A stretch of DNA of 64,000 nt, from NCBI GenBank assembly GCA_023957315.1, contig JAMLHE010000006.1:70408-134407 (forward strand), in the 5' to 3' direction. Below are positions 37,241 to 47,641 of the stretch, piece after piece. The position numbers and the translations under genes are program-made. The notes beneath the pieces were generated by a model, which had not been told where the DNA came from, searched no databases, and saw only the letters and a program-made list of their open reading frames with translations. Position 1 is the stretch's first letter, and every line of letters begins with the position of its first letter. The DNA comes from Candidatus Kapaibacterium sp. (lineage in GTDB: Bacteria > Bacteroidota > Ignavibacteria > Kapaibacteriales > UBA2268).

Positions 37241-39139
37241 GTGGAAAAGTTTTCTCTAACGGAAATACCGGCTTTCAAATTGTTCATCTTGATTTTATCA
37301 GGAACTATTGCTCTATTTGTCGCAGACCTTGATAGTTCTACATTGATGTACCTGATAATTGGATGCATTATAGCAGGTTGCATTGCCATCTATTCAAAAT
37401 TAAAATTTGTTTCGTATATTTTTTTCGTTGTTGCAGCCTCCTCAATTTTAAATTTCAGGATAAGTCAGGATAAAATTCCATTTCAAGACAATTTCTCACC
37501 GACTATTTCAGGGGTATTTCAAGGGGAGATAAGCCACGTCGTAGCCAAAGGCGATAACTGGGTCAATTTTATTGCCGATGGTTCATTCGACAACAAATAC
37601 ACAGGCGAAATTCCCGAATGCCGCTTCTACATTCGATATGCTTTTGTGGATAGCAATCTGATTAAGCGAATGTTGCCTTCTGCAAAAATCAGTGTCAATC
37701 TGAAAGCTACATTACCTCAAAAAAAGCAATTAGACAATGAATTTGACCAACGTGCTTATGCGTTGGCAAATGATATTGACTGGTTTGGGGAAGTGCGCGG
37801 AAATAATTTAGCTCAAATAGGATTTGCGAATAAATTCAAAGTGTATTCCTATCAAATTCGAAAAAATGCACAAGCCAGAATTGACAGATTATTCAATCCT
37901 AACACTGCTGCAGTCGTTACAGCTTTACTCACGGGTGAGAAATCCAAATTATCACCCGAATTGAGAGACGTATTCTCCCAATCAGGAACGGCGCATTTAT
38001 TGGCTGTATCCGGTTTGCACGTTGGTATAATATCAGTTATAGCTTGGTTCTTGCTCGCTTTCGTCAAGAATTTGCCATTCAAAATCGTATTATTTTTGAT
38101 TTTAATTTGGGCATTCATTTTGTTTACAGGGTTCCCACCGTCAGGAATACGAGCCGGCATTTTTGCAACTCTTTACGTAATCATAAAAAGTTCCCAAAAG
38201 CAAGCAAATTCGCTGAATGTTCTTGGTTTGACAGGCTTATTGATTCTACTTTTCGACCCAACATCAATTTTTTCAGCATCATTCCAGATGTCATTTGCAA
38301 GTGTTTTCGGGATTCTTGTTTTTTATACTACTTTCCGAAATGCACTGATTAGATTATTCAAAGTTAGCATAAATCCTTTTTCGCAATTCATTGTCAATTC
38401 TTTATCCCTAACCTTGTCTGCGAGTTTAGTCGTATCTCCAATTGTGGCGTATTATTTTGGCATATATTCAGTCGTTTCACCTTTGGCAAATTTGATTGCA
38501 GTGCCACTCATTACTCTTTCATTGGTCTATTCGCTGATTGGTGTGTGCATTTCATATTTGTACTTTGATTTGGGACAAATTTTTTGCAATGCTGCAGAGT
38601 TTCTAATCGGATTGACTGAACAAACCAATAGGGCAGCAGTGTCATTTGATTTTGCTTATTTAATGTCAGATTTTGTCGTGTTGCAATCCGCAATTGTTTC
38701 ACTGTTAATTGCCTATGTTTTGATTGCACGTGAAAACAAACATCTATTATCGCGATTGATAGTTTCAGTGGTGTTTTTCGTAGCATTTATAAATTTGATT
38801 CCCGAAAAGGCGAGCGAAACGGATAAAATTGTTCTTCGGGAAGATTTTGTAGCCTATATCAATGATACCGATGACGGTCGCTATGTTTTTGTTTGCGACA
38901 GGCGCCCGAGAATTTATCCCCGCAATGATTATTACCTGAATAATTACCTGAATGATTACGAAGGCATGATTTATGTTGGCTATACAGGCAACTGTGGAAT
39001 CAATATTGCTGATTTTCTTAAAGAACAAAGAATCATCAAAGATTTTGAAATTGACCGAGAAACGTTAAATTTGTTAAATGAAGTTTGTGACCTTGATAAA
39101 AATTTTATAAAAAGAGTAAGATACGATGATAGAAATTGA
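37241..39139 (+). CDS. comEC: ComEC/Rec2 family DNA-uptake channel protein (no metallo-beta-lactamase domain)
   Basis: N-terminal DUF4131-like OB region, then the competence domain LLTGEKSKLSPELRDVFSQSGTAHLLAVSGLHVGI. The C-terminal 150 aa lack an HxHxDH motif. Confidence 0.8.
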   Translation: MEKFSLTEIPAFKLFILILSGTIALFVADLDSSTLMYLIIGCIIAGCIAIYSKLKFVSYIFFVVAASSILNFRISQDKIPFQDNFSPTISGVFQGEISHVVAKGDNWVNFIADGSFDNKYTGEIPECRFYIRYAFVDSNLIKRMLPSAKISVNLKATLPQKKQLDNEFDQRAYALANDIDWFGEVRGNNLAQIGFANKFKVYSYQIRKNAQARIDRLFNPNTAAVVTALLTGEKSKLSPELRDVFSQSGTAHLLAVSGLHVGIISVIAWFLLAFVKNLPFKIVLFLILIWAFILFTGFPPSGIRAGIFATLYVIIKSSQKQANSLNVLGLTGLLILLFDPTSIFSASFQMSFASVFGILVFYTTFRNALIRLFKVSINPFSQFIVNSLSLTLSASLVVSPIVAYYFGIYSVVSPLANLIAVPLITLSLVYSLIGVCISYLYFDLGQIFCNAAEFLIGLTEQTNRAAVSFDFAYLMSDFVVLQSAIVSLLIAYVLIARENKHLLSRLIVSVVFFVAFINLIPEKASETDKIVLREDFVAYINDTDDGRYVFVCDRRPRIYPRNDYYLNNYLNDYEGMIYVGYTGNCGINIADFLKEQRIIKDFEIDRETLNLLNEVCDLDKNFIKRVRYDDRN

Positions 39140-39866
39140 AATTTTAAACACTGCAATTTTTCCTTCTGATATTATTTCCGGTGTTACAATGCGGAATCAA
39201 GCGGCATTTCAGCCCTATGGTTTCACGATTTCGGGTAATTATTCCGATGAAAATATTGTCAATCAACATCGAAAATTAATGGCTGATTATTTGAATCTCG
39301 AGCTTAATGCCGTAAAATATCAAAAGCAAGTGCACGGTGATGAAATTCAAATTGTCGATTTCGATACCAAAATTAACGAATCCGACGCTATGATTACTAA
39401 CCTAAAGGGTTTAGCCCTTGTTGCATCTGTTGCTGATTGTGCCGCTATTTTGCTCTATGATGCTAAAGCTAAGGCTATAGCTGCAATTCATTCGGGATGG
39501 CGAAGCACAACGCTTAATATCGTTTCTAAAACTATTGAAAAGATGAGTTCTGAATACAATTCCAAGCCGGAAGATTTAATTGCTTATATCTCGCCATGTG
39601 CCGGTGGCGACAGTTATGAAGTGGGAATTGATGTTGCTCAATATTTTCCCAATAGTATCAAAAGGCTCTCTGAGGAAAAATTTCTATTCAACATCAAAAA
39701 TGAAGTGCATAATCAGCTAATCGTGAGTGGGATGCCGCCTCAGAACATTGAGATGTCAGAAGTTTGTACAATCAGCAATGAAAGTTACCATTCTTTCCGT
39801 CGCGATGCTGACAATTCCGGTAGAATGGGAGCATTTATTATGATGATAGGCACACCAAATGACTAA
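39126..39866 (+). CDS. pgeF: Purine nucleoside phosphorylase / peptidoglycan-editing factor PgeF (YfiH, DUF152)
   Basis: H-C-H catalytic triad contexts: HGDEI, VADCAAILLYD, AIHSGWRS. Confidence 0.8.
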   Translation: MIEIEILNTAIFPSDIISGVTMRNQAAFQPYGFTISGNYSDENIVNQHRKLMADYLNLELNAVKYQKQVHGDEIQIVDFDTKINESDAMITNLKGLALVASVADCAAILLYDAKAKAIAAIHSGWRSTTLNIVSKTIEKMSSEYNSKPEDLIAYISPCAGGDSYEVGIDVAQYFPNSIKRLSEEKFLFNIKNEVHNQLIVSGMPPQNIEMSEVCTISNESYHSFRRDADNSGRMGAFIMMIGTPND

Positions 39867-41724
39867 AAAAATACTTTGTGCAATTACTGCTTTTATTTTT
39901 ACAAACATGCTTCTGTTTGCTTACTCAACTAATGATAACGGCAATTCATATGGCAATACTATAATTACAAATGATTCGGTGAGCTTGTTCTACGATTCAT
40001 TTTTTCTGGATGAAGTGCTTTCAAATTACGCCTTGAGCTACGATATTCCCGAAGAATTTGACAAAAATGTCGTTTCCTTGTTGTGGGGTTCCGGACGTTC
40101 AAGTACAGTTTTTTTTGATGGAATTCCATTGAATAGCACCTTGTATGGCGATTTTGATTTTCTCCGAATGCCTTATAATGTATCTCAAGTGATTCGAGTA
40201 AACACATCATTCCCAAATAGTAAGCAATCGCCATATAACAAATCCGGGTATGTTTTATTGCAATCAAATAGGGAATATAAAGCAATGAATAAAATCAATG
40301 TTCAGGGTGGCAACGCAAATGGGAGCTCATATTTTTCATTATTAGGGGGTAAATCAAACTTATTCTGGAATGTTTCCGGTAACTTTTACACTTCAAATGG
40401 TCATACAATTTCATCGGACAAACCGGATTCCATCAGCATTTTGCGGGAGAATAGCAAAGCTCGCCATTACTCAATGTTTGCTAAAGCCGGAATTAAAGAT
40501 GATAACTCATTGCTTATGCTATCCGTCTTTTTTTCGGATATTAGTCGCGATATACCGCTGAATATTTATTATGACTCGCTGCGTGCTCAAGAAATTGGTG
40601 GTGGTTTGAGCCTTGTCAACCTTGAATTTGTTACCATTTTGAATAGCTTTGTTTCCATCGATGGCAATATTTATTTCAAAGGGTCAACCCGCGATATAAA
40701 TGGTAGCTTTTCAAATGTTTCATTAGCTGATACTCATTTCAGTACAAAAGAAGATGAGCAATCGCTCGGAGCCAATGTTCACACAAAAATGAGAATCATT
40801 GATGGCATCCGAACAAATTTGAATGTTGGCTATAGACGTGAAGTTTCTGCGATGACTACACTTCGGAATTCACTTGAAGAGTACGGTCGAATAACGGCAG
40901 AGACATTAAATGCGAAATTTGACATTGGGAGCAAACTTTCAGAACTTTTTGATATTAATGCTGCTATTGAGTATATGATTTTTCATCCTGTCAGCACAAA
41001 TGAAATAGAGTTGTTGAGCGATTTGAGCAGTGTTGATGCTTATTTGCAACTCGTAACTCATTTGTCGAAAAATATTACTTTGTCAAACTTTGCAAAAATT
41101 GGAGGACAACTGCCTCCTTTAGTATTGATGAGTGAAAAATTTTCATCCGTGCCTATTCAATTAGACCCCAAGATTGAGTCTGTAACTCAATTCAGTTCGA
41201 CGTTAAATTGGCAATTCTCAGAGTTAGCGAATGTTGTCTTATCATACAATTATGTAGATGCAAGCGATGTGTCTTATGTTGGCTTTTCGGACACTGCTTT
41301 AGTAGTGCTTCGAGATGGCGAATATAAGGTTCATGGCATTGGCGTTGATTTGCGGGCTACTTTGTATAATTTTGATTTCATTTTGCGTGGTGATTACAAA
41401 TTGAACAACAACGGCTCGATTAGCTTATTCAATCGTCCACGCTCACAGCTTTTTTGTCAAATCAGCCATGCCTTTGATTTCGGATTTGAATGGAATGTAG
41501 AAGCAAAATATCAAGGTGCAACTCAGGATTATGATTCTATCGAACAGCAGCTAATTGATTTAGATGAATTCACAGTGTTTAATATTCGAATCAGCCAACA
41601 GGTATTCAAGCAAAACGAAATATTTTTGAGAATCAACAACATCACGGATGACTTCCGCTTGAAAAGCTGGGGCAATCCCATCAAAGGACGCAATTTCATC
41701 GCCGGGATAAATTTGCATTTTTGA
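39859..41724 (+). CDS. TonB-dependent outer-membrane receptor-like protein
   Basis: Signal peptide and plug-like N-terminal region. ~500 aa of alternating beta-strand composition ends in ...GRNFIAGINLHF (C-terminal Phe). Confidence 0.55.
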   Translation: MTKKILCAITAFIFTNMLLFAYSTNDNGNSYGNTIITNDSVSLFYDSFFLDEVLSNYALSYDIPEEFDKNVVSLLWGSGRSSTVFFDGIPLNSTLYGDFDFLRMPYNVSQVIRVNTSFPNSKQSPYNKSGYVLLQSNREYKAMNKINVQGGNANGSSYFSLLGGKSNLFWNVSGNFYTSNGHTISSDKPDSISILRENSKARHYSMFAKAGIKDDNSLLMLSVFFSDISRDIPLNIYYDSLRAQEIGGGLSLVNLEFVTILNSFVSIDGNIYFKGSTRDINGSFSNVSLADTHFSTKEDEQSLGANVHTKMRIIDGIRTNLNVGYRREVSAMTTLRNSLEEYGRITAETLNAKFDIGSKLSELFDINAAIEYMIFHPVSTNEIELLSDLSSVDAYLQLVTHLSKNITLSNFAKIGGQLPPLVLMSEKFSSVPIQLDPKIESVTQFSSTLNWQFSELANVVLSYNYVDASDVSYVGFSDTALVVLRDGEYKVHGIGVDLRATLYNFDFILRGDYKLNNNGSISLFNRPRSQLFCQISHAFDFGFEWNVEAKYQGATQDYDSIEQQLIDLDEFTVFNIRISQQVFKQNEIFLRINNITDDFRLKSWGNPIKGRNFIAGINLHF

Positions 41725-41749
41725 TGTGAAAGTCTGTAATAGTAAGCAT

Positions 41750-41783
41750 AAAAAAAAAACTGCCTTTGAGGGCAGTTTTTTTG
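41750..41783. terminator. Bidirectional terminator between the TonB-receptor gene and the tRNA pair
   Basis: A10-ctgccctcaaaggcag-T7 perfect hairpin with an A-run on one side and a T-run on the other. Confidence 0.8.
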
Positions 41784-41858
41784 CGGAGCTGACGAGACTC
41801 GAACTCGCGGCCTCCTGCGTGACAGGCAGGCGCTCTAACCAAACTGAGCTACAGCTCC
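41784..41858 (-). tRNA. tRNA-Asp (GTC)
   Basis: GGAGCTGTAGCTCAGTTTGGTTAGAGCGCCTGCCTGTCACGCAGG ... CAGCTCCG; anticodon loop CTGTCAC. Confidence 0.85.
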
Positions 41859-41868
41859 GTAATTTTTG

Positions 41869-41941
41869 TGGACCCAAGGAGGATCGAACTCCTGACCTCA
41901 TGAATGCCATTCATGCGCTCTCCCAGCTGAGCTATGGGCCC
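41869..41941 (-). tRNA. tRNA-Ala (GGC)
   Basis: GGGCCCATAGCTCAGCTGGGAGAGCGCATGAATGGCATTCATG ... TGGGTCCA; anticodon loop ATGGCAT; a G3:U70 identity pair is present. Confidence 0.8.
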
Positions 41942-42037
41942 CTTTCTGGTTGTTGTTCATACCGTCCCACTTGGGAGATACAAAAGTAATACTTCTTTTT
42001 AACACATGCAAGAAAAATTTTCACTTGTGGAAAAAAA

Positions 42038-44074
42038 TTATCGTACTATCACAAAGGGTACGACTTCTGTTTTGCCGCTATGACTCAACATTATGTAGTA
42101 AGCACCTGTAGCCAAACCGGTTAAATCTATCGAAGCCTCATTGATACCGACTAAAACTTTACTTTCCGTATGGCTGTAATAAAGGCTTCCTGTAAGGTCA
42201 AAAACTCGCAAATCGTACCTGCCTTCCCTTTCGACGAAGAAATTCAATGTGCTTTGTGCTGTACCGGAGTGTAGAAAATTAGGATATAAGAACGCGGACG
42301 CTGTTTGAACAAACCGTGGCGATTCGCGATGCTCGAAATTATGTACAAATGATGTGTCACCAATTTGAATCGTAAAATACTCATCTACCGTGTAGGGGGC
42401 ACGTCTCCGCTTGGAAGTTGATTCGGTATCCAAATAAAAATCGATATAAGAGTTGACAGCCAAATCCAAAGGAATATCGCATACAAATTGGTCAGCTATA
42501 CTTGTTTTTTTCATCGGATATGGAAAGTATAAGGATGTTTCGGTAAATTTGACGTAAAGATAGGCTGATTCAATCGGCTTGTCTGACTTGATTTTGAAGA
42601 AAATTCTCTGGAAATTCTGTGATGGATACGTCGAAAATGGAGATATTATGATGTCATAATCAATCATTGCTTGGAACAAATCCGGGATACCGTGACCATA
42701 GTCATTGTCCGGAGAGTAGTATCTGTCTGATGATTTGAGCAAAATTTGCTTTGCATCATATGGTTTCAATTCAGGGAATGCACTCAGCATCAATCCGATT
42801 GCTCCGGCAATTAAGGGCGACGATAATGATGTTCCCTTTGTGGAAATGTAAACATCAGCTTCACTTGGGTTGACACAAAAGACGAAGTCTCCAATTGTCG
42901 TCAAATCCGGCTTGATTTTTCCGGTAGAAGTCGGACCTCTCGCACTAAATCTTGATACATCAACACCGTTGGGTTGAACTGAACCAACTGCTAACACACT
43001 GTCAGCATCAGCCGGTGAATTGAGAGTTTTAGCTCCGGGTCCGCCATTGCCTACTGAATTGACGAAAATTATTCCTCGTTGGGCAGCCAAATTAACATAA
43101 ATTGAAGGAATCGTGCTATTGCCGTTCAATTCATCAAAAGTATAAGATGAATCTGAACTATCGAATTTGTTGTATCCCAATGAAGCATTAATTATATCCA
43201 CGCCCTGAGATTCGAGCCATTCAATACCTGCTGCGAAATTATCGGTTTCGATTTGTTTCTCTGAGCGAATATCCTCAGTTTTAGCCAAATAAAAGGCAGA
43301 ATTGGGCGACATCCCAATAAATCTGGGGTTATCAAAACCTGCTACAACAGACATCACCAGAGTTCCGTGATGGAATTGGTGAGGGTGCTCGCCATCTTCA
43401 TTTTTGACAATTTCGTCATTATTAATGAAATCATACTCTGCTGCGACATTAATGTTAGCAAAAGCAATAGCTTTTTCGTAGTCAAAACCACTATCTAAGA
43501 ATCCAATATTTACATTATCGCCAAAGATTCCCAATTTATGAATTTTGTCAGCATTGATTAACTTGATTTGTGTAAACGAAAATCCGTAATCAATTTTGCT
43601 GTAATCATACGTATCCACCTTGATTAAGTCCTGCAAATTCAGACTATCGCCCTTAGTAGAATAATTACTATCCGTCAAGCTAAGTAATGAATATTTATTC
43701 GCAGCGGTTTCGATTTTCTTTACAAATGGTAGTTCACGAAGTTCATCAATTAGCGATGAATCTGCTCTTACGATGCAATAGTTTTTCCATTTAAGTGTAT
43801 GTATAATTTTTGCACCTACATTTTCGATTGCATATATATAATCGGAGTAAATGGGTGCATCTTGAATGGAAACGATTTCGCTCGGATTGAGGATTTTAGC
43901 TCTACGGTCAAGTGCTGCTTGAGTCAATGAATTGAGTGTTTCGGTGTATAAGGGGCTTCCTGGCTCAAATACTTCGGGACCTTTATCGCTCAGATAAATT
44001 CTAAATACTTCAGAATGCAGTTGCGAAAAAATTCCGAAAAGCAATAGAGTGATTGTGACAAATTTAGTTTTCAT
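42038..44074 (-). CDS. S8 (subtilisin-like) serine peptidase with C-terminal T9SS sorting domain
   Basis: Catalytic triad contexts: GFLDSGFD (Asp), HGTLVMSVVAG (His), GTSLSSPLIAGAIGL (Ser). Signal peptide present. The C-terminal ~80 aa end ...AYYIMLSHSGKTEVVPFVIVR. Confidence 0.8.
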   Translation of the reverse strand: MKTKFVTITLLLFGIFSQLHSEVFRIYLSDKGPEVFEPGSPLYTETLNSLTQAALDRRAKILNPSEIVSIQDAPIYSDYIYAIENVGAKIIHTLKWKNYCIVRADSSLIDELRELPFVKKIETAANKYSLLSLTDSNYSTKGDSLNLQDLIKVDTYDYSKIDYGFSFTQIKLINADKIHKLGIFGDNVNIGFLDSGFDYEKAIAFANINVAAEYDFINNDEIVKNEDGEHPHQFHHGTLVMSVVAGFDNPRFIGMSPNSAFYLAKTEDIRSEKQIETDNFAAGIEWLESQGVDIINASLGYNKFDSSDSSYTFDELNGNSTIPSIYVNLAAQRGIIFVNSVGNGGPGAKTLNSPADADSVLAVGSVQPNGVDVSRFSARGPTSTGKIKPDLTTIGDFVFCVNPSEADVYISTKGTSLSSPLIAGAIGLMLSAFPELKPYDAKQILLKSSDRYYSPDNDYGHGIPDLFQAMIDYDIIISPFSTYPSQNFQRIFFKIKSDKPIESAYLYVKFTETSLYFPYPMKKTSIADQFVCDIPLDLAVNSYIDFYLDTESTSKRRRAPYTVDEYFTIQIGDTSFVHNFEHRESPRFVQTASAFLYPNFLHSGTAQSTLNFFVEREGRYDLRVFDLTGSLYYSHTESKVLVGINEASIDLTGLATGAYYIMLSHSGKTEVVPFVIVR

Positions 44075-44130
44075 TATAAAGAATGTTACTTTTGTAAAAT
44101 GTAAATTTATGAAATTTTCAAATAAGATGA

Positions 44131-44850
44131 ATGAATAATACTGTAATTATAACGGGTGGTGCAAGAAGAATCGGCAAAGGATTGGCGATTCAATTTGCAA
44201 ATTCGGGTTGGAATGTCGGTATTATTTATAATAAAAGTGCCGAACAAGCCAAAGAAACCGCTCGATTGATAGAACAAACGGGCGTTAGAGCATATGCAAT
44301 CCAAGCTGATGTATCACATTACGATGAGATTCAAAATTCTATTGTAGAAATGAAGAATCATTTCGGCGAAGTGCAAGTGTTGGTAAACAATGCGGCTATT
44401 TATCCTGAACGGCAGTCTTTGAACGAGCTCACAATTGATTCGTGGGAGCTTGTGATGAATACAAATTTGAGAAGCATTTTGTCTTCATCACAAAAATTTG
44501 CCGAAATAGCCCAAAGTGGCGCAAGAATAATCAATATTGCATCGCTCGGCGCATTTAGAATTTGGAAACAAAGAATACCATACAACGTATCGAAAGCAGG
44601 AGTAATTCAATTAACAAAAGCATTAGCTTTGGAACTTGCTCCCGATATTTCCGTAAACTCAGTTTCTCCGGGTACAATTGAAATAAAAGACGAAGCTGCA
44701 GATGCAGGAACTTTAATATCTGTGGACAAAATACCCATGAAAAGGTACGGAAACGTAAATGATGTTTTTGATGCTGTATATTTTTTCGCTAATTGTTCGT
44801 CATTCATTACAGGACAGAATCTATCAATTGATGGTGGATTTTCGCTTTAA
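44131..44850 (+). CDS. SDR-family oxidoreductase (pteridine-reductase-like)
   Basis: TGGARRIG cofactor motif and YNVSKAG catalytic Y-x3-K; 239 aa. Confidence 0.75.
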   Translation: MNNTVIITGGARRIGKGLAIQFANSGWNVGIIYNKSAEQAKETARLIEQTGVRAYAIQADVSHYDEIQNSIVEMKNHFGEVQVLVNNAAIYPERQSLNELTIDSWELVMNTNLRSILSSSQKFAEIAQSGARIINIASLGAFRIWKQRIPYNVSKAGVIQLTKALALELAPDISVNSVSPGTIEIKDEAADAGTLISVDKIPMKRYGNVNDVFDAVYFFANCSSFITGQNLSIDGGFSL

Positions 44851-44868
44851 ACAATATAAGGAGTATAA

Positions 44869-45714
44869 ATGGAATTCAGAGAACCTGAAAAAGTAGCTAA
44901 AAGCAGAATTGAAAAGGCAACCAAAGCATATGATAATCAAGATTTTATCCATAGTAAGGAAGGACGAATAATTCGTTTACTTTCCGAATATCAGTACCCT
45001 GAGCATTATTTCCGCAAATATGGTGTCAATGGTACGATTGTGTTTTATGGTTCAGCTCGAACCCTGTCACTCGACGAATTTGAAATGAAGTTAAAAGAAA
45101 TGAATGATAAAATGGCTAAAGCCGGGCTTGAAGAAAAGCTTAATATCCAAACTGAAATTGAAAGATTAATGAACACCTACGAAATGACAAATTGCTACAA
45201 CGAAGCTGTTATTTTGGCTGAAAAACTATCGCTTTGGTCAGCAGCATTGCCGAATAACAAACGAGTATTAGTTTGTACAGGTGGCGGTCCCGGAATGATG
45301 GAAGCCGCCAATAGGGGTGCCCAACGAGCAGGGGAGCCAACAATTGGTCTGAATATTTCATTGCCATTCGAACAATATCCAAATAATTACATTACTCCCG
45401 ATTTGAATTTCGAGTTCCACTATTTCTTTATGCGTAAATTTTGGTTTGTCTATTATGCTAAAGCTATCGTCGCTATGCCGGGCGGTTTTGGGACCCTCGA
45501 TGAATTAATGGAATTGCTAACTTTGAAGCAAACTTTGAAAATAACCAAACCACTACCAATATTACTTTTCTACAAAAAGTTTTGGCAAAATCTTATTAAT
45601 TTTGACTATCTCGTTGAAATGGGAATGATAAGCCAAAAAGACTTGGATTTGTTTGTTTATGCCGATACTGCAGACGAAGCATTCGAATACCTGACAAAAA
45701 ATATTATTATATAA
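44869..45714 (+). CDS. LOG/TIGR00730-family Rossmann protein (lysine-decarboxylase-like)
   Basis: VCTGGGPGMMEAANRGA ... MPGGFGTLDELMELLTL are hallmark LOG motifs (PGGxGTxxE). An ~100-aa N-terminal extension is present. Confidence 0.75.
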   Translation: MEFREPEKVAKSRIEKATKAYDNQDFIHSKEGRIIRLLSEYQYPEHYFRKYGVNGTIVFYGSARTLSLDEFEMKLKEMNDKMAKAGLEEKLNIQTEIERLMNTYEMTNCYNEAVILAEKLSLWSAALPNNKRVLVCTGGGPGMMEAANRGAQRAGEPTIGLNISLPFEQYPNNYITPDLNFEFHYFFMRKFWFVYYAKAIVAMPGGFGTLDELMELLTLKQTLKITKPLPILLFYKKFWQNLINFDYLVEMGMISQKDLDLFVYADTADEAFEYLTKNIII

Positions 45715-45727
45715 CAAGTAGTAAGAA

Positions 45728-47641
45728 ATGAAAAAATTCTTTATCCTCCTGATTGTTTTAATGTCATTAATTATTAGCTCAATTTTGAAAGCTGAATTGA
45801 GATTTGAACCAGCAAGACCTGCTTTTGGAGAGAATGTTACTATTCATTATCAGGACAAAGATTCCATTTTTAGCGGAATTGATACAGTTTATGCAATGAT
45901 TTATGGCTTTGCATCTCAATCTAATAACCCGCAAGGATTTTCAGTGCCATTAGCATTGCAAGGCGATTCATACATTGGCAATATTACATTGTCCGGAAAT
46001 TGGGTATATGTAATTGCATTTGTCGAGTTTGATGAGAATTTATATGACAAAAACAGGCAAAATTATTGGGAACTTTATATTACCAATAACGAAGGAAATA
46101 TCCAACGTGATGCACATTTATTTTCCGCTTTGGCGTTGATGGGTGCGTCTTCGCCCAATTTGAATCCTATCGTCAATCTTGATTCAGCTCACAAAAGAAT
46201 GGAACGCGAAGTTGAGCTTTACCCTGATAATTTCCCTGCTCAAGTTGGTTTGCTATCATTGCGATATGATATGAAAAAAATTACATTGCAAGGATTTAAA
46301 GACAAAGCAACTCAAATGCTTGATGAGAAGAAAATCTTTGTTACCGAAAATGAAGTAAAAGCCGCTCACAGGCTTTTAAATGCAATTAATCGAAATAAAG
46401 ACGGTGACGCATTAATTAACAATTTTGTTCAGACCAATCCTTTGAGCAAACTTGCTGAAGAAGATGCAATGTCGAAGCTGTCATTAGCTTCCGATATGCA
46501 AAATTTTGTTGACATGGCAGCCTTGTTTATAGACAGATTTCCAAATTCAAATGATGTTAATAATGTTTATTCAGCGGTTGTAAGTTCATATACTCAAACA
46601 GGTAAGAGCGAAGAATTATTCAAATTTATCGAAGCTCGCAGGTTGCTTATTCCTGAAGTTTTTTCAAAACTTGCTTGGGATATTTTCAGTAATGATGCTA
46701 TTTTGCCTGCAATCAAAGGTGAACAGCGACTTGATATGATTGATTCCCTTCTTGATTTATCGGTTAAAATTGTTGTCGGTCAAAATGGCTTAAACAAGCC
46801 CACATATATGACAGAACGAGAATGGGAGCGGGCAAAAAATCAAAAACTTGCGAGTATTTATGAAATAAAAGCTGATGTTAATTCAAAATTAGACCCCGTT
46901 AGCGCTGAAGGATATTATGAACGAGCCTTGGATTTATTTGGTAATGATGCAACAGTAAATTTATACGAAAATGCTATCAATTTAGCTGATAAACAGGCTG
47001 ATTCTGTTCGAGTACTTTCTCTTGTGTATCGAGCATTTGCCAATTCACTGTCATCTGATTTTTTGGTAACTCAGTTTGGACGCTATTATCGAGCAGATAA
47101 TAGGGAGATGGTTTTAGATTCTTTGCAAAATGTTGGCAGGTTGAAACGCTATGATAAATATAAAATTGAAATGTTGGCACAAGCTCGCCCAAGTACTTTA
47201 TTTTTAACTGCTTACGATGGAAGACTAATTAATCTTGATGATTTAAACGGGAAAATATTTATATTATCATTTTGGTCAACTTGGTGCGGACCTTGCCATG
47301 CAACAATTCCGGCACTCGAAGAAATCAACGCATTTTATTCTGAGGATGATGGTGTAGAAGTAGCTCTCGTGAGCATTTGGGAGAAGACTAAAGATAAAAA
47401 AGAAGCTTTAAATACATATTTTAAAAGAGATTTTCCGAACGTTCCGCTTGTTTGGGACGAACTCGATGTAATCCCAATGAGTTTAGGAATTACCGGGCTT
47501 CCGGTTACGTATATTTTCGATTCAAATGGAGTTTGCAGATTCACTATTACAGGATTTTCGAGTGCCAAAGCATTTATTGATGAAGTCGTGGACAAAACTA
47601 ACTTTTTGATTCATTTAGAAGGACAAAATGGACAAAAATAG
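45728..47641 (+). CDS. Secreted protein with C-terminal TlpA-like thioredoxin domain (WCGPC) and a large helical N-terminal region
   Basis: Signal peptide. The C-terminal ~150 aa read ILSFWSTWCGPCHATIPALEE ... GLPVTYIFDSNG. The N-terminal ~480 aa are of unknown function. Confidence 0.6.
   Translation: MKKFFILLIVLMSLIISSILKAELRFEPARPAFGENVTIHYQDKDSIFSGIDTVYAMIYGFASQSNNPQGFSVPLALQGDSYIGNITLSGNWVYVIAFVEFDENLYDKNRQNYWELYITNNEGNIQRDAHLFSALALMGASSPNLNPIVNLDSAHKRMEREVELYPDNFPAQVGLLSLRYDMKKITLQGFKDKATQMLDEKKIFVTENEVKAAHRLLNAINRNKDGDALINNFVQTNPLSKLAEEDAMSKLSLASDMQNFVDMAALFIDRFPNSNDVNNVYSAVVSSYTQTGKSEELFKFIEARRLLIPEVFSKLAWDIFSNDAILPAIKGEQRLDMIDSLLDLSVKIVVGQNGLNKPTYMTEREWERAKNQKLASIYEIKADVNSKLDPVSAEGYYERALDLFGNDATVNLYENAINLADKQADSVRVLSLVYRAFANSLSSDFLVTQFGRYYRADNREMVLDSLQNVGRLKRYDKYKIEMLAQARPSTLFLTAYDGRLINLDDLNGKIFILSFWSTWCGPCHATIPALEEINAFYSEDDGVEVALVSIWEKTKDKKEALNTYFKRDFPNVPLVWDELDVIPMSLGITGLPVTYIFDSNGVCRFTITGFSSAKAFIDEVVDKTNFLIHLEGQNGQK

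Noticed and set aside
41560-41989. Track ORFs 41560..41910 (-) and 41726..41989 (+)
   Set aside because: They overlap the tRNA-Asp/tRNA-Ala pair and the terminator hairpin.
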